A program made the position numbers and the translations under genes. Of a stretch of DNA of 64,000 nucleotides, positions 39,150-52,890 are shown in pieces. Within the stretch, counting starts at the first letter, position 1, and each line of letters begins with the position of its first letter. The DNA lies in assembly GCF_006345805.1 (NCBI RefSeq), contig NC_043004.1, forward strand, positions 27,528,001 to 27,592,000, given 5' to 3'. A model generated the notes under the pieces. That model made no database searches. It worked only from the letters and a program-made list of their open reading frames with translations, and was not told where the DNA came from. The stretch is from Octopus sinensis. Taxonomy: Eukaryota.

Positions 39150-39600
39150 GGCAGTAAATGAACTTCCAGCTATCAAGTATGTTCTGGCGATTGAGGCAGG
39201 GTGCTTTCTTCTTGATAAAATGTGCCTCCTTTATTCAAAGGTTGACTGCACCTGTTTCCCTGGCCAGTATCTGGGTGGAGAACTCCTCATCACAGTGTTG
39301 ATGGTGTTGGAATATGGTGCTGGGTGTTGTGGCCTTGTGAATATTTCATTCTGATTTGAAGCTGTCACTTAGTCAAGCCAATATAGTTATCTCCGCAAAT
39401 GCAGGCCATCTCATATAAATGTCTCCAGTTGTTGGTTTTGTGCCAAAATTTCAAACATTATTGTTACAAGACAATATTGTAGTGGCTGACACCATTGTTG
39501 GAGTTGAAGGTGTTGCTATATTAATTGTGGCCAACAAATTTTATTAAGGGAAGGTTAAGCATGGGCTACATACATAAATTATTAAACCCTCACTGGTAGC
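39150..39600 (-). pseudogene. PLE GIY-YIG endonuclease remnant
   Basis: Manual translation: LYEMACICGDNYIGLTK*QLQIRM ... KEAHFIKKKAPCLNRQ. Confidence 0.72.
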
Positions 39601-39962
39601 AACACTAGGAGATCAACTTAACTGTATTTGCTTGGCCATTAGTTATCTGGAAGATGTGAGACCACTGTATCTTGTTGAAGCCCTTACCTTGATTTACTCA
39701 GTGAGAACCAAGATGTGTCCTGTTCAAAAGCCACCAGAGGTCTAATTGATTTTTAGTGTTACACTACTAAACTAGTGAAAAAGGGCATGGATCTCAAGGA
39801 CACTTGAGATGATGTTCTAACTGGTGGCATGATTTTCTGGCAGCTGATTGGTCAATAAACAGAATGCACACATGACAAATGCATGCCTCTGTTGTGGCTC
39901 ACCCATTATGGCAAACCAGTAATTTACAAAAATGGGGTTCGAATCCCAAGGGATTACAACAT

Positions 39963-39963
<1 letters not shown>

Positions 39964-40034
<71 letters not shown>

Positions 40035-40054
40035 CACTACCACTACTACTACTA
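39964..40054. repeat. (ACT)n microsatellite
   Basis: Directly visible; produces the poly-Y and poly-T ORFs. Confidence 0.98.
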
Positions 40055-42103
40055 TTTTAGTCTTGTAGAGTCAAGACTCCATTTTTCTCTCTTTGAAAAA
40101 CAATTTATTCAATCATTACCAAATGAAATTTTCTTTGGTGTTCTTGTTTAAAATAAAAGGATAATGATTATCTAAGGAAAGACTGCTCTCAATATTTGGA
40201 AGCAGATGACAACAAAAAAATTAATTGTTTATTGAACAATTGATATAAAAAGAAAAATAATAATCTGAAGATTGAAACAAGCACGTTCAATGAGAAAGAT
40301 AGTTGCAACAATGGTAAAAGTAGTGACAACTTTGATATGGTGTCAAACACTACAATCCATTCATCTAGTTGTTGTGTTACAGTGAAACATTCCTTAACAC
40401 AGACTATACTAGCAGAATATTAGTACTTGCACTGTTAAAAGGTTAAGAAAAAGGATAGTTGGATGAATTTTGTAGGACCAAACAACATATCTTTGCCACT
40501 AGAGTCAATCTAAGTGGGGCAAAGAGAAAAATTACATGCCATAACTATGGAAGAAGACTAAATCACATCTCACAACAAGAATTACAACATGCTCTTCAGA
40601 CCATTTAAGGGAAAATGCATAAGCTGTGGCACTATTTAATGTACTTCTAAAGACTCAACCAGAACACAGGTTGAAATTATTAGACACACCACAGTATACT
40701 GACCACAGAAATACAAGAGAAGAAACCTTAAAAACAAGGCAGATCTGTAACCAGTTGTCACTTTTGTATCATTGTAAAGGTAAGTGGTTAAAGTAAGGTA
40801 TGATAATATGTAATCAGAGGGTGTTAAAATGAATTTCAAAGTCATAATGATTCTGCCATAATAATAATTCCTAATTTAAGTACAAGGCCAGTAATTTTTG
40901 TGGGATGCAGGGTGAGCGGGTGGGTAGTTTATTAAATCAGTTCTGGTGTTTGATTGGTTCTTTAATTTATTGGCCCCTGAAGGATGAAAGATAAAGTTCA
41001 ACTTGGCAAGATTTGAATGTAATGAAACAAAAATAATTCTGAGAGGTAATTAATCTGAAGACATTCCAATCCACCATAAACTATATTTATTTAACATAAC
41101 TCACCTTAGTCTCTGCAACACCACTACTGACACCCATACACCATCAACCCCTACCAACAACCCTCCACTTACTAAACAATGTCATTCTTTCACACTAAAG
41201 TGACAAAGAAAGCATGAGTAAGTGAAAGTTGGAATGAAAACTATTTCTTCAAGTGTCATGCTATAGTCAGTTAACCTAGTGAATGGAGGGGGGTGCAGTG
41301 GGGTGGGGAATATTAGAGCAATAGGAAGAAAGAAGAGGTTGATAATGAAGTGATATAACCAACAATGGGGAGGATATAGTAACAATGGGGAGGATATAGT
41401 AACTTTAAGGATTAGGGAAAGGTGTTAAAATAGTATATATACACTGTTTCAGCTGAAATAGTACATTAATAATATTTAATCCCAACTAAATAGTGGAAGT
41501 TACAACTTCTTGTCCATACCGAGGAGGAATAAACTGGTTAGGCATTTAGGCAGAGAGGTAGGTACTAATCTGCATAGGTAGGTATAGCAAATATGGTAAA
41601 TAGTTAAATATCGTATGGTCTGGTATAGTAGATAGGTAGATAAATATATATGTTTGTACATAGGAAGGTAGGTATGTAGGAAAATAAGTAATGTATGCAG
41701 ACGAGTAGTCAGAATCACTTCTTTCAAAATTACATCACTAATTAACTATTTAGTTAATTACTCAGAGATACCATCCACATAAAAAAGAAGCGTTAAGTTA
41801 GTATGACCATATTTAATGGCATGAGTAAGAAAGCTCACAAAATTAAGTATAGTTTGCCTTCTTAAAGCTTCACTTATAATTCCAATAATTCTATATTTAT
41901 CAACTGGCCTGTTGTCGTTATTGTCGTTGTTGTTGTTGTTGTTATTGTTTTCATCATGCTAAAAAACCTTGATCTAAATAATTTCTTTTTACCTGTTTTA
42001 GTTGTGTGTCATATCTCAGTAGTTTTTTTTTTCTATAAAAGCTGCTTGGCCCAGTTTATATACTGCGAAATAGAATATCAGTTTACACACAAATATAAAC
42101 ACA

Positions 42104-42178
42104 TGTGTGTGTGTATGTGTGATTGTGTGTATGTGTGTGTGTGATTGTGTGTGTGTGTGATTGTGTGTGTGTGTGTGT

Positions 42179-42230
<52 letters not shown>

Positions 42231-42260
42231 TTGTGTGTGTGTGGGTGTGTGTGTGTGTGT
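42104..42260. repeat. (GT)n microsatellite punctuated by GATT
   Basis: Directly visible. Confidence 0.95.
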
Positions 42261-42339
42261 ACAAGTAATTTTTCTCATTTTAACTTAGAATAAATTTTGA
42301 ACAGCCACCTCTTTGGTAGCAAGGTTGAGAAGGAAAGTA

Positions 42340-43680
42340 TCTTGTTTTGTTCATTATCCTTTAAATCTTAAGAAGATTTTGTAGATTATTATTGTCCCAG
42401 ATCTTGTGATTGTTTGTAGTGTATGAATTAAGGATTTGCTCTCTCTCCCCAAGGTCCCATGTTTAGCCTTGCTTTGCTCCAGCAGGTTGGTATGTATTCT
42501 GTCACTCTAACTCTAACAGGATGAAACTGAAAGTGTATCTTGGGTACTGGATTTGCAAACTTCTTATCAATGGTCCATAAGTGTCCTTTCTCTTATATTT
42601 TCCTAACCCAGCAGTGTCCAGAGGGCATCTAATTTCTACAACAGAATGTACCTTTTCTTGGTGGTCCCATACAACTATATCTGACCAGTTGTGTTTTAAC
42701 TTGGTGGTTGTTCTAATTTTCAAGTTTGACCAATTTTCTTTTGACACATTAGTCTCAATTCAGTCAACATTGTTTGTAGGAGTTTTCTTTTTTTGACATC
42801 CTTTTTCAGACTGTTCTGGCCACAGTATATGCTTCATGGAAAGATGATATCTGGAAGACATTCTCTTGCAGCTGGTAATAATGTGGTTGTCCTATGTTTC
42901 TCTTCTGCTTTAATCATTTGAATTCTCCCTTTGAGATGGTTTCTAGCCAAAATACAAAACTCCATCTTTGGAATGTAGATAATGAAAACTTTAAACTTGA
43001 GAAAAGTCTTGGATAGTTTTATTGTTCCATTTACAGATTGCATTTGTATGTACAAGTTGACTGATTTCTTTTTCTGAAAATCCAAGCTTATCCAGACTGA
43101 CAGTTAACCATTTACTTAGAAAACCAAGTGCACCAATTATTATCGGTATAAATGTAAATTTGTAATCTGGATACAGAAGCAGGAGGCCTCAAAGCATTTG
43201 TCTATGGCTATTTTCTGTCTCTTTGATTTTCAAAGAGATATTCACAACAACAGGAGAGCTGGCCTCTGTCATGATACATACTTTTTCTTGTATGTTCCAA
43301 ACAGCAATATCTGGCCTGTTATGCTCCCACTTAACAGATGTTTGCATAGGAATATTCCACCAGTATTCCTTGTACTGGTATTTGTGTACATAATCAATAG
43401 CAAGGGGATTCTGACCCCACCAATGCTGGAACATCCAACCCACTTTGTAAAGTGGTTGGTGTTAGGAAGGGCATCCAGCCGTAAAAACCCTACCAAAACA
43501 GACAGAGAAGCCTGATACAGTCTTCTGCCTAGCCATCCCCTGATAAAAATTCCAGTACATGCCAGCATGCAAAAAGGACATTAACTGACAATGATATTCC
43601 AGGACAGTTTTTTTTTTCCAGATGGCATTGTATATTGTTTTCATGACATCGTGTCACATAGGGAGGTAGTACCTTCAGGA
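42340..43680 (-). mobile_element. Two tandem 3' fragments of an R4/Dong-like non-LTR element (restriction-like endonuclease); the second is interrupted by an RTE tail (~43425-43590)
   Basis: HNWSDIVVWD...VEIRCPLD...YGPL and WWNIP...HNRPDIAVWN...YPDYKFTFIPIIIGALG (PD-(D/E)xK RLE signature). Confidence 0.78.
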
Positions 43681-43722
43681 CATGTTTGTGTGTGCGCATG
43701 TATGTGTGTATAAGTATGTGTA

Positions 43723-43760
<38 letters not shown>

Positions 43761-43824
43761 TGTGTGTGTGTGTGTGAATATACATGTATATAAATGTCAT
43801 AGATATATCTATTTGTAGTAGATA

Positions 43825-44270
43825 TAAACATGACTGTGAGGTGAGAAGTTTGCTTCCCAACTACATGGTCTCTGGTTCAGTTCCACAGCTTGGCACCAGG
43901 GGCAAGTGTCTTCCATAGCCTTGGGCCAGCCAAAGCTTTGTGAGTGAATTTGGTAGATGAAAACTGAAAGAAGCCCATTGTATATGCATGTGGATGGATG
44001 GATGGACAGATAGGTAGAGAGATGTGTGTGTGGTTTGATTGTGTGTGTGTATGTGGTTGTGTTTGTGTGTGATTGGTGTGTGTGTGCGTGTGTGTGTGTG
44101 TGTGTTTGTGTATGTGTGAGAGAGATTATGTTTGCTGGTATGTTTATGTCCCCATAATTTAGCAGTTTAGCAAAAGAGGCTGATAGAATAAGTACTGGGC
44201 TTAAAAATTCTTCAAGGCAATGCCCCAGCATGGCCACAATCTAATGTCTGAGACAACCAAAAGATAAAAA
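43825..44270 (+). mobile_element. SINE family A copy
   Basis: Head, microsatellite and tail all present. Confidence 0.78.
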
Positions 44271-44299
44271 GTTCGTATTTTTATATATCTTTTTTTTTT

Positions 44300-44532
44300 T
44301 TCTTTCTTTACTACCCACAAGGGGCTAAACACAGAGGGGACAAACAAGGACAGACAAAGGGATTAAATCGATTACATCGACCCCAGTGCGTAACTGGTAC
44401 TTAATTTATCGACCCCGAAAGGATGAAAGGCAAAGTCGACCTCGGCGGAATTTGAACCCAGAACGTAACGGCAGATGAAATATGGCTACGCATTTTGCCC
44501 GGCGTGCTAACGTTTCTGCCAGCTCGCCGCCT
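44300..44532 (-). mobile_element. SINE family B, young CpG-rich copy (Meta-domain-like core)
   Basis: ggcggcgagctggcagaaacgttagc...gggttcaaattcc (B box)...gcctttcatcctttcggggtcgataaattaagtacc. Confidence 0.88.
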
Positions 44533-45038
44533 TCTTTTCAACATTTTTATATATCATTTATTGATAGTAGTTTCTTCATGTCCAAAATAATGGGGAAAAG
44601 TAGCAGCACTCCTTCAAGTGGTCGAGTTCATTGATCCCTGATGCTGCATGGCTTTTCTTTCTTCCTGTGCTTTGTAATTTTAAATTGAGGGTCAGTCTGC
44701 ACAATCTGATCCCACTCTTTAGACCTGGAGGTCTGACTACAGAGGCTTGGTGGGCTAAGACAGGTGCAATGACCAGAGAGGGGAATTGCCTAATAGGACT
44801 GGAGATCTCGACCTACCATGGAGTTGCCAGAAGAATATGTACAAGGGCACTGGACTGACTTAGGGATTTCACCCCTTGATTTTTGTTCGGAACATGGACA
44901 TTAAATCATGACGATGAAGATAAAGTTTATATAAGTAAGTTAAAAATAACTTTCTAATCAGTTGTACATGTTAACTGTATGTCTCTTTGTAGCAATGCTT
45001 TTTACAACTTGGCCAGTCTGAATGATTTCTCACTGGTT

Positions 45039-45073
<35 letters not shown>

Positions 45074-45805
45074 AGGAGAGAGGGAGAGAGAGAGCAGGAG
45101 AGAGGGAAAGAGAGAGGGTGAGAGGGGGGAGTGTGTGTGTGTGTATGAGAATATCTGTAGGCAAACAAATTTAATTAAATAAGATAACTATCACAAATAC
45201 AGCTAAGCATGTACGACATGCACACATACACTCCCGCATACATACAGACACATACACACACACACACACATATTTATACACTGTTAATAAATAAGTGGTG
45301 AAACATGAAGAGAAATGACACACACTGGGAAAAAGTGTTTCGAAATCCTGTATGAAGCATTTGTCATCATCGATTCATTAATAAAGTGACAAAGAAATGA
45401 TAAAGTCTGTGTATCTATTTTAAATACCTCGAGATCGTTGGCGTTTATGAAGAAAAATAGGTACAACTCTATGGAATCGGTTGACTCATGCACCACAATT
45501 TAATTTATGACAGTTACCAGAGAAACTCAGAATGACTGATTCTCATTTAAGAATTATTTTGACAAACCAAATAACTGTAACTGTGCTTCAAATGTAACCA
45601 CATTAGCTAAGGTACTACATCTGTCTGTTTGAAGCTGTCAATCTTTTAAATATGAGAAATTTTGCTTTCTTAAGTTTACAGATAACAAGAATTAATTATG
45701 AATGTAAGACTGTCACACTTAATGTGACTTATGATGTCAAAGTTTGGTATCTGATTTCTCAATGTGTATCAGCAGTCTTCTAAATTAAAGTGAGACTATG
45801 ACACA

Positions 45806-46118
45806 TAATGTTGGTGTATTCAAAGGTGATAACATTGGTGCATTGATAACTGACAGTGATGGTGTATTGAGAGATGGTAATATTGCTGTTTTGTGTGGTG
45901 ATAATGTTGGTGAGATGTGAGGTGATAATGTTGGTTTATTGATACATGATGATGTTGGTGCATTATCTGCTAATAATGTTGGTGTATTTAGGTGTAATAA
46001 TGTTGGTTGGTGCACTGGTGGTGATGATGTAAGAGCACTGTATAGTAATAATGTTGATGTACTGTGTGGTGATATTGGTGTATTGTGAACTGATAATATT
46101 GCTGTAATTAGAGGTTGG
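45806..46118. repeat. Diverged 24-bp minisatellite (~13 units)
   Basis: ataatgttggtg.att......g units; minus-strand ORF 45785-46150 gives 8-aa NxPTLxxx repeats. Confidence 0.85.
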
Positions 46119-47271
46119 TATATTGTTTTATTCAAAAAGTTGTTTATCAATCAATATATCAATGAAAAATAATATATTTACCTATTAAGCTGTAGAATTA
46201 ACTTCTTTACTGTCTGAAGGAGTGTGTAACTTAGTTTAGCCACCTCAAAAATAAGTAGTTTCAAGTACCAGAAGGAACTACATTTAACAGATCGAAATAA
46301 GTTTACAGCAGAATAAACTGTTTTGCTCTCAAGAGATTTTAGTAAATCTGTTGCTATTTTTATTTCCTCGTTTATGTCCTTGTCTCTCTGTCTTTAGCTT
46401 TTCGCTTTCATCACAGGCTATTATTGTATTTAAGTGGGAGATATTCATAGACAATAAATTTTGACCAAAAATAAAACATAAACTTTGTATGTGTGAATTT
46501 GATGAATAAATTGAATAAATCCACAGTTCTTATTTTGTTTTTCCAAATAAATTACTTGAAAAATCATTTTGATCTCAAGATAGCATGTGAAGGACAGACA
46601 GACAGGCATGTCTTTTATTTTAATATAGATTTGTGAATACCACTATTTTCTCATAGAATGTGGTTATTGCATCCACTGTTTGTACTTTGTAACATATTTT
46701 GGAGGCACATTTTTATCATAAGATGTCATACTTCATCTAGCTGGCAGGAATTGTGCCAAGACATTTGGTAATTTTGATATTTTCACTATATTTAGATAAA
46801 TATTTTCATGCTAGATATTTCCTCTTTATTGTAAGGTTTACTAAATAATTATTTTCCTGTACTAGATAATTATTTTTCTATCACCAGTTTTGTCAAATTG
46901 TGGTTTTCATGAGAAGGATGTGTAATTACCATACTGTATCCATAAAGCCATTTTGCTCCTCCATTAAAGCTATGCGTCATATAAGTTTAGAAACAAATGA
47001 AACGGGGAATTTATTTTGATGAATTACTGTGTGACTGACAAGATTTTCAGATTCCATTGAGACAAGCAGTAAAACCTAAAACAATGATTTAATCACTTAA
47101 ATGCTTTCAGAGGACTTTCATTTACATCTCACAACTGAAACAGACAAAAAATACAAATAACAATATAATGTAAATCACTTCATCATTGCTAACAACAGCA
47201 ATATTATTGGGGATGGTGAAGCCATTAGCATCTCCAACACCACCACTACTATTAACATTATCATCACTATC

Positions 47272-47302
<31 letters not shown>

Positions 47303-47372
47303 CAACTGCCATCACCATCATCAGAATCAATATTAACAGCATTATTATAATCAACAGCAGCAGCAACAGAAC

Positions 47373-47765
47373 GTGGAGGTGCAATCGCCCAATGGTTAGG
47401 GTAGCGGACTTGCGGTCGGAGGATCGCAGCTTTGATTCCCAGACCGGGCGTTGCATGTGTTTATTGAGCAAAAACACCTAAAGCTCCACGAGGCTCCGGC
47501 AGGGGGTGGTGGCGACCCCTGTTGTACTCTTTCGCTCCAGCTTTCTCTCACTCTTTCTTCTCGTTTCTTGTCCCCGACTTCCTACACAACCGCTGAGCCT
47601 GGATGCGCATTCATCCATCCGTCGATGCTCTCGGTGTCGGGGGTTGACCTGCTTTCTCTTCTGCGGGTCTTACGAATAGCAAAGAACCACGTTTCGGACT
47701 TCTCCCATCTTGCGAGCTCTGGAACGAAGACCATTCGCTCAACAGCAACAGCAACAGCAGCAGCA
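47373..47765 (+). mobile_element. tRNA-derived SINE family C, tail type 1 ((CAACAG)n)
   Basis: gtggaggtgcaatcgcccaatggttagggtagcggac head; highly similar to 58394-58778. Confidence 0.88.
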
Positions 47766-48861
47766 GCAATAACAACTCTATTATAATCAACACCATTACT
47801 ATCATAACTATCATAATCATCATTATTACTATGAATGCTATTAACCTTGCCTACTTGTTATTCTTGTACACACACACACACACACACACACACATGTTCT
47901 CCCTGATCTCTCTTAGATGACACCCTTTAGATAATATATAGTGGAATATGCAATTTTTAAAGTTGTCCCATTTGAATATTATTTCTTTGAGAAGTTAGAA
48001 TCAGTTTAAACAATGTATGTGGTATTTAGAAGAGAAGTGTAAAGACAGTATTACAAAGTATATAGGAGAAACTGCTTGATACATAGTTCTGCCTTAGGTG
48101 TATTGTTGACAAATTTATCTCTGAAACTTGTTACTGTTTTTCTGAGTTTATTTTGCCTAATGCTTTATTTTTCCTTTTAAATCTACTAGAAAATTACATG
48201 TGTGTGCAGGTGCACACGTGTGTGCATGTGTATGTGTGTATATATATCTATGTGTACATATATCCTTTTGTTATCAAATTCTCTTATAGATAAGAAAGGT
48301 AAAGTAAAATATTTTAGTAATCATTTATGCATATATGTGAGTGTATATGTGTGTGTATATATGTGTATATATATATGCATGTATGCAAGTGTATATGTGG
48401 GTGAGTGTATATTTGTGTGAAATTATGTATATCTATATCTATTTATATTTATATATAGATATAAGTATATCATCATCATCATCATCTTTTAATGTCCGTT
48501 GGACTGTTTGATCAGCGATGGCAAGCTGGGAAGCTGTACCAGGTTCAGTCTGATTTGGTTTGGCTCCTATGGTGGATGCCCTTCCTAACACCAATCACTT
48601 TACAGTGTGTGTATATATTATTATATATATTATATTTATGAATGTATATGTATCACCATCATCATCATTTAATGCCTGTCTTCTATGCTGGCATCAGTTG
48701 GACAGGAGCTTGTAAACCTGAAGTTCTATCTGCTTTGGCATGGCTTCTATGGTTGGATGCCCCCTCCTAACACCAACCAATCTGATTTCCTCCATCTTAT
48801 TCTTATTTTAGCAACAATATTTTTAGAACATACTCCTCGACAGCTAATTTCATCATCTGAT

Positions 48862-48933
48862 GGCCACATAACTGAAGAGATGGCAGCGTGTATTTCCACC
48901 TCGGCATCCGAAACTCAGAGTTTTATCATGGCT
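48862..48933 (+). ncRNA. Type I hammerhead ribozyme
   Basis: ggcca c ataa-CTGAAGA-gatg...gtg...cac...catc c-GAAA-ctc a gag-TT-ttat ca tggct. GUU triplet; followed by (TA)n. Confidence 0.72.
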
Positions 48934-48962
48934 ACCGAATAATTGTCACATATTACATTTAC

Positions 48963-49000
<38 letters not shown>

Positions 49001-49047
49001 GCAGATAGTTTATAGTTTAGAGACAGGTGTTCTCTATATAGAATTTT

Positions 49048-49429
49048 GTGGAGGCGCGATGGCCCAGTGGTTAGGGTAGCGGACTCGCGGTCATAGGATC
49101 GCGGTTTCAAATCCCAGACCGAGCGTTGTGAGTGTTTATTGAGCGAAAACACCAAAAGCTCCACGAGGCTCTGGCAGGGATGGTGGTGATCCCTGCTGTG
49201 CTCTTTCACCACAACTTTCTCTCACTCTTACTTCCTGTTTCTGTTGTACCTGTATTTCAAAGGGCCGGCCTTGTCACTTTCTGTGTCACGCTGAATATCC
49301 CCGAGAACTACATTAAGGGTACACATGCCTGTGGAGTGCTCAGCCACTTACACGTTAATTTCACGGCAGGCTGTTCCGTTGATTCGGATCAACCGGAACC
49401 CTCATCTTCGTAACCGACGGAGTGCTTCC
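49048..49429 (+). mobile_element. SINE family C, tail type 2, with 12-bp TSD
   Basis: atatagaatttt at 49036-49047 and 49430-49441. Confidence 0.9.
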
Positions 49430-49636
49430 ATATAGAATTTTATTCAAAGTGCTCAAGAGATTTGAACTTAAACAGGTACAGGAGTAAATGTAATGACAAG
49501 CAAGTTAGGCAAGTTGATATACACAGAATATTAGATACATTCAATACAAAAAATGTACATGTGTATGAATATAAAATAGTTCAACTTACACAGAATATAA
49601 ATGATATCAGGAGTTGAATGGGTCGAATTTTACGAG

Positions 49637-49728
49637 TCCAACAGCTGTTTCTGGGGGCTTTGGTGGTCTTGAATAATGATGGTTACTTGGTTCCATTATT
49701 GGATAACACCAGCTCCATCTTCAGGGGA
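49637..49728 (-). ncRNA. Hammerhead-like motif with long stem II and weak stem I
   Basis: tccc-CTGAAGA-tggagctggtg...aataatgg...ccatcattatt...caccaaagccccca-GAAA-c agct-GTT-gga. Confidence 0.62.
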
Positions 49729-50619
49729 GAGTTTTACATTTGAGGTGGTGACAGGATGGAGTTTAAAGATGGAAAGCATATATATAGGCATATGTATATG
49801 TATGTATGTGTGTATGTATACACATATAAAATGCATGTTTATAGTATGTGTGTGTGTATGTGTGTGTGTGTGTGTGGTGTGTGTGTGTGTGTGTGTGTGT
49901 GTATAAAATATGTTTAAATATATGAAAGAGAGGGAGTTGAGATAGAGTTTCATACACAGTTATTTATCTCTGTAACCTCAGATAAGGATATGACCAAATC
50001 ATACATGGCTACTTTTTGTGTTGCATGGAAAACTAGTAGGCAATGTGTACAAAGTGCTACATTCTAAGAACAGAAGCTACATATAGCATATTGAAATGAA
50101 ATACAGTAAAATTGGTTAAGCAAAAAAAGAAAGAAAAAAACACAAAAGGAAAAGATAAGAAAGCAAATGGTGGACATAAATGACTTTACAATAAAAAAAA
50201 TATATAAAGTGTGAGAAAGAGAGATAAAAATCCAGTTGGAAAGAAAAAGCATTTTGAATGAATTCAAGGAAGCAGTTGAGATATGAGTTCAGTTGAGTAT
50301 TTCAGCCAATAGAGGGTATAAATACACTGAATGCCTCTTGCATATGTACATATTCAGATATACATGTACATGTGAAACACACATATGTCTATTGATAGAT
50401 GAAATACATAATAAGAATGGTTTAGGGATAGGTAGAGAGGAACTCAATATTATATGTAAAGATAAAAACTATAAAGTGAAGAATGGATGAAAGAAAATTC
50501 AGTCCTATGGTGGTTATAAATTGCAAGTTCTAGAAAATACTTATTGAAATAGAGAAATTTCAGACATTACATTTAGGTGATTAGTGGAATAATAATAATA
50601 CTTCCTCTCACAGGTGTTA

Positions 50620-52345
50620 TGACCACCCATTGAAATGTCCCCAGATGTCTGTGTAAGCACAAAGGATCTCCTCAGTGGAGTCAGTAGTTGCAACTGCTTC
50701 AGTGACCTTGCAGGTTGTGTAGTGGGTAGTATGGATGTAGTTTTACTCTACCCATCTATAGACATAAGTTTTGCTGTGGAAAAATGCATTGAGATTATCT
50801 GTGAGAGTGCAGTAGAGTTCCATGAAGTAAACATGAAGGAACAGGGCCTCCTCCTTAAACTAAGCTATGACTGTAACTACCTAGACAATAATGACCTCAG
50901 TAGATTCTGCCCCAGCAGGTCACAGACAGGAAGACCACCCACCATCACATCGGCAGCAAAGAAAAGCACTGCAGAGCACTGGAGTGGTTGGACCACACCC
51001 ACCCAGGGCCCTGAGAACAACGATCAGGGGAAAAGAATGATTGCACATGCAATAGGGGCCAGTGTAAGAGTCACCTTGAAGAACCACATAGGAAAGTTTA
51101 ACAGGAAACTATATATGCAGGTTCAAGATGCAGCCATTGGTGTCAGTGTGGCTGGAGATATGGTTAGCCTCTTCATGACCTGGTGGGACAGAAAACTTAA
51201 AACAATCCTTAGCTGAACAATCCACCACTGTATTGCTTTACTATGGGTAAGTAGATGATATTAGTATTCTAGTTAGGAACAAAACCTGGTAAATGTAGTA
51301 TAGAAACTGAGAGGAGCATAAAAAAGCATCAAGCATGTAGCTAATTCCATCCACTGAAGTATCAAGGTAACTATAGATTACCCCACTAGGCACCCTAATA
51401 ATAGATTCCCTGTCCTTGACACTGAACTTTGGTTAGAGACTGAGAACAACAGAGTGCAGCTCCTCCACCCTATTACATGAAACCCATAGCTTCTAAATAT
51501 GTTGTTCATAAGAACTTGGCTTTATCATACAACATGAAAATTAACATACTGATAGCAGACTTAGTTAGCATAATGAATAACATGTACCCCCTATGCAAAC
51601 CCTATGAAACAAGAAAACATGTACAGAACTCCATGCACTACATGCAATTCTCTGGATATGACCAAAAAGATAGGGCTCAGGTATACAGAGGAGCTAGAAA
51701 GAAATTAGACAGCATTATATATAATGAAGCCAGTGGTACCTGCCCTAGATACAAAGGTAAAGACTGGAACAGGATACAGAGAGTTTGTGACAAAGCAAAG
51801 AGGGTGAACACATGGTACAAGGCCAACAAATATCAAGGAGTAATGTTTGTAGAGGCCACAGCCTTTAGAGAACTAGCCTGAAGATTTAGGAAAGTTCTGA
51901 AGGTAACCAAACTCAACATTAAGATCATTGAAAAACCAGGGAGCTCCATCAGATCACAGTTATGTAGGACGTACCCCTTTGAGAATACCACATGTACCAA
52001 TGATAACTGCATGGTATGTAAGATTAACCTTGTCATTAGCTGTGGTACTAGAAATGTAGTCTACAGCATAAAGAGCATAGAAGTGCTTGTAAAGACAAGA
52101 ACACAACATACATTGGTGAGACATCTAGAAGCATTGCAGAGAGAGTAAATGAACATTCGAGACGATATGAGGGCAAAAAACAGTCCTCCATACTTTACCA
52201 ACATGCCAAAGACAAACATGGAAGCACACTGGGTTGACTTGACATCTGCATTTTATCCAAGCACTCAAAAGACTCAACAGTCAGACAAATACAGGAGTAT
52301 GTCCACATAACCGAAACATCCCCTATACTAAATAGGAGACACACA
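50620..52345 (+). pseudogene. Decayed PLE ORF: RT + Cys-rich linker + GIY-YIG
   Basis: SMDVVLLYPSI, QVQDAAIG, (Y>*)VDD at ~51250, PVLD, YMKP, CTNDNCMVC...CGTRNVVY and YIGETSRSIAERVNEH; several stops and frameshifts. Confidence 0.88.
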
Positions 52346-52421
52346 TAGAAAGTAGTGATACCCCAAAACCCACAGTTTATACATATACAGGTAGATTATT
52401 TTAGTAGGCTGTTATGTAGGC

Positions 52422-52429
<8 letters not shown>

Positions 52430-52456
<27 letters not shown>

Positions 52457-52890
52457 CAGGTAGGTAAATAGATATCTATCTGTGGGCAAGCATATAGATA
52501 AGTAGATAGATAGGTACATAAGTAATACGAACAGACATGCACACATACATATACATACACAAAAGCAGATGGAAACACATGATCATATACATACATGCAC
52601 ACTCCATACACACACACAAGGACACATATGGAGACACACATCCATGCATAACAAACGCATGTAAATAGTTACACAAACCCACACAGACACTCAAACATGT
52701 GCACACACACATGTACAAACACACAAACATGCACACATAAACACATGAATATGCAGAATACATACATACAAACGTACACATGCATACATATATATGCATA
52801 CATGTACACACATGCATACATATATATACATACGTGCATGCATATATGTATAGACAAGCACACTGATGCACACACATATGCACAAATTAA
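52430..52890. repeat. Degenerate (CA/TA) low-complexity tract
   Basis: Directly visible; a similar tract lies at ~58890-59225. Confidence 0.9.

Noticed and set aside
45345-45400. ATGATGA...GAAAC hammerhead-like motif on the minus strand (a similar weak case lies at 17640-17695)
   Set aside because: Core mismatches and no convincing stem I.
47373-47450. tRNA gene
   Set aside because: The A/B-box head continues into a SINE body present in several copies, the others with clear TSDs; no complete cloverleaf or terminator.
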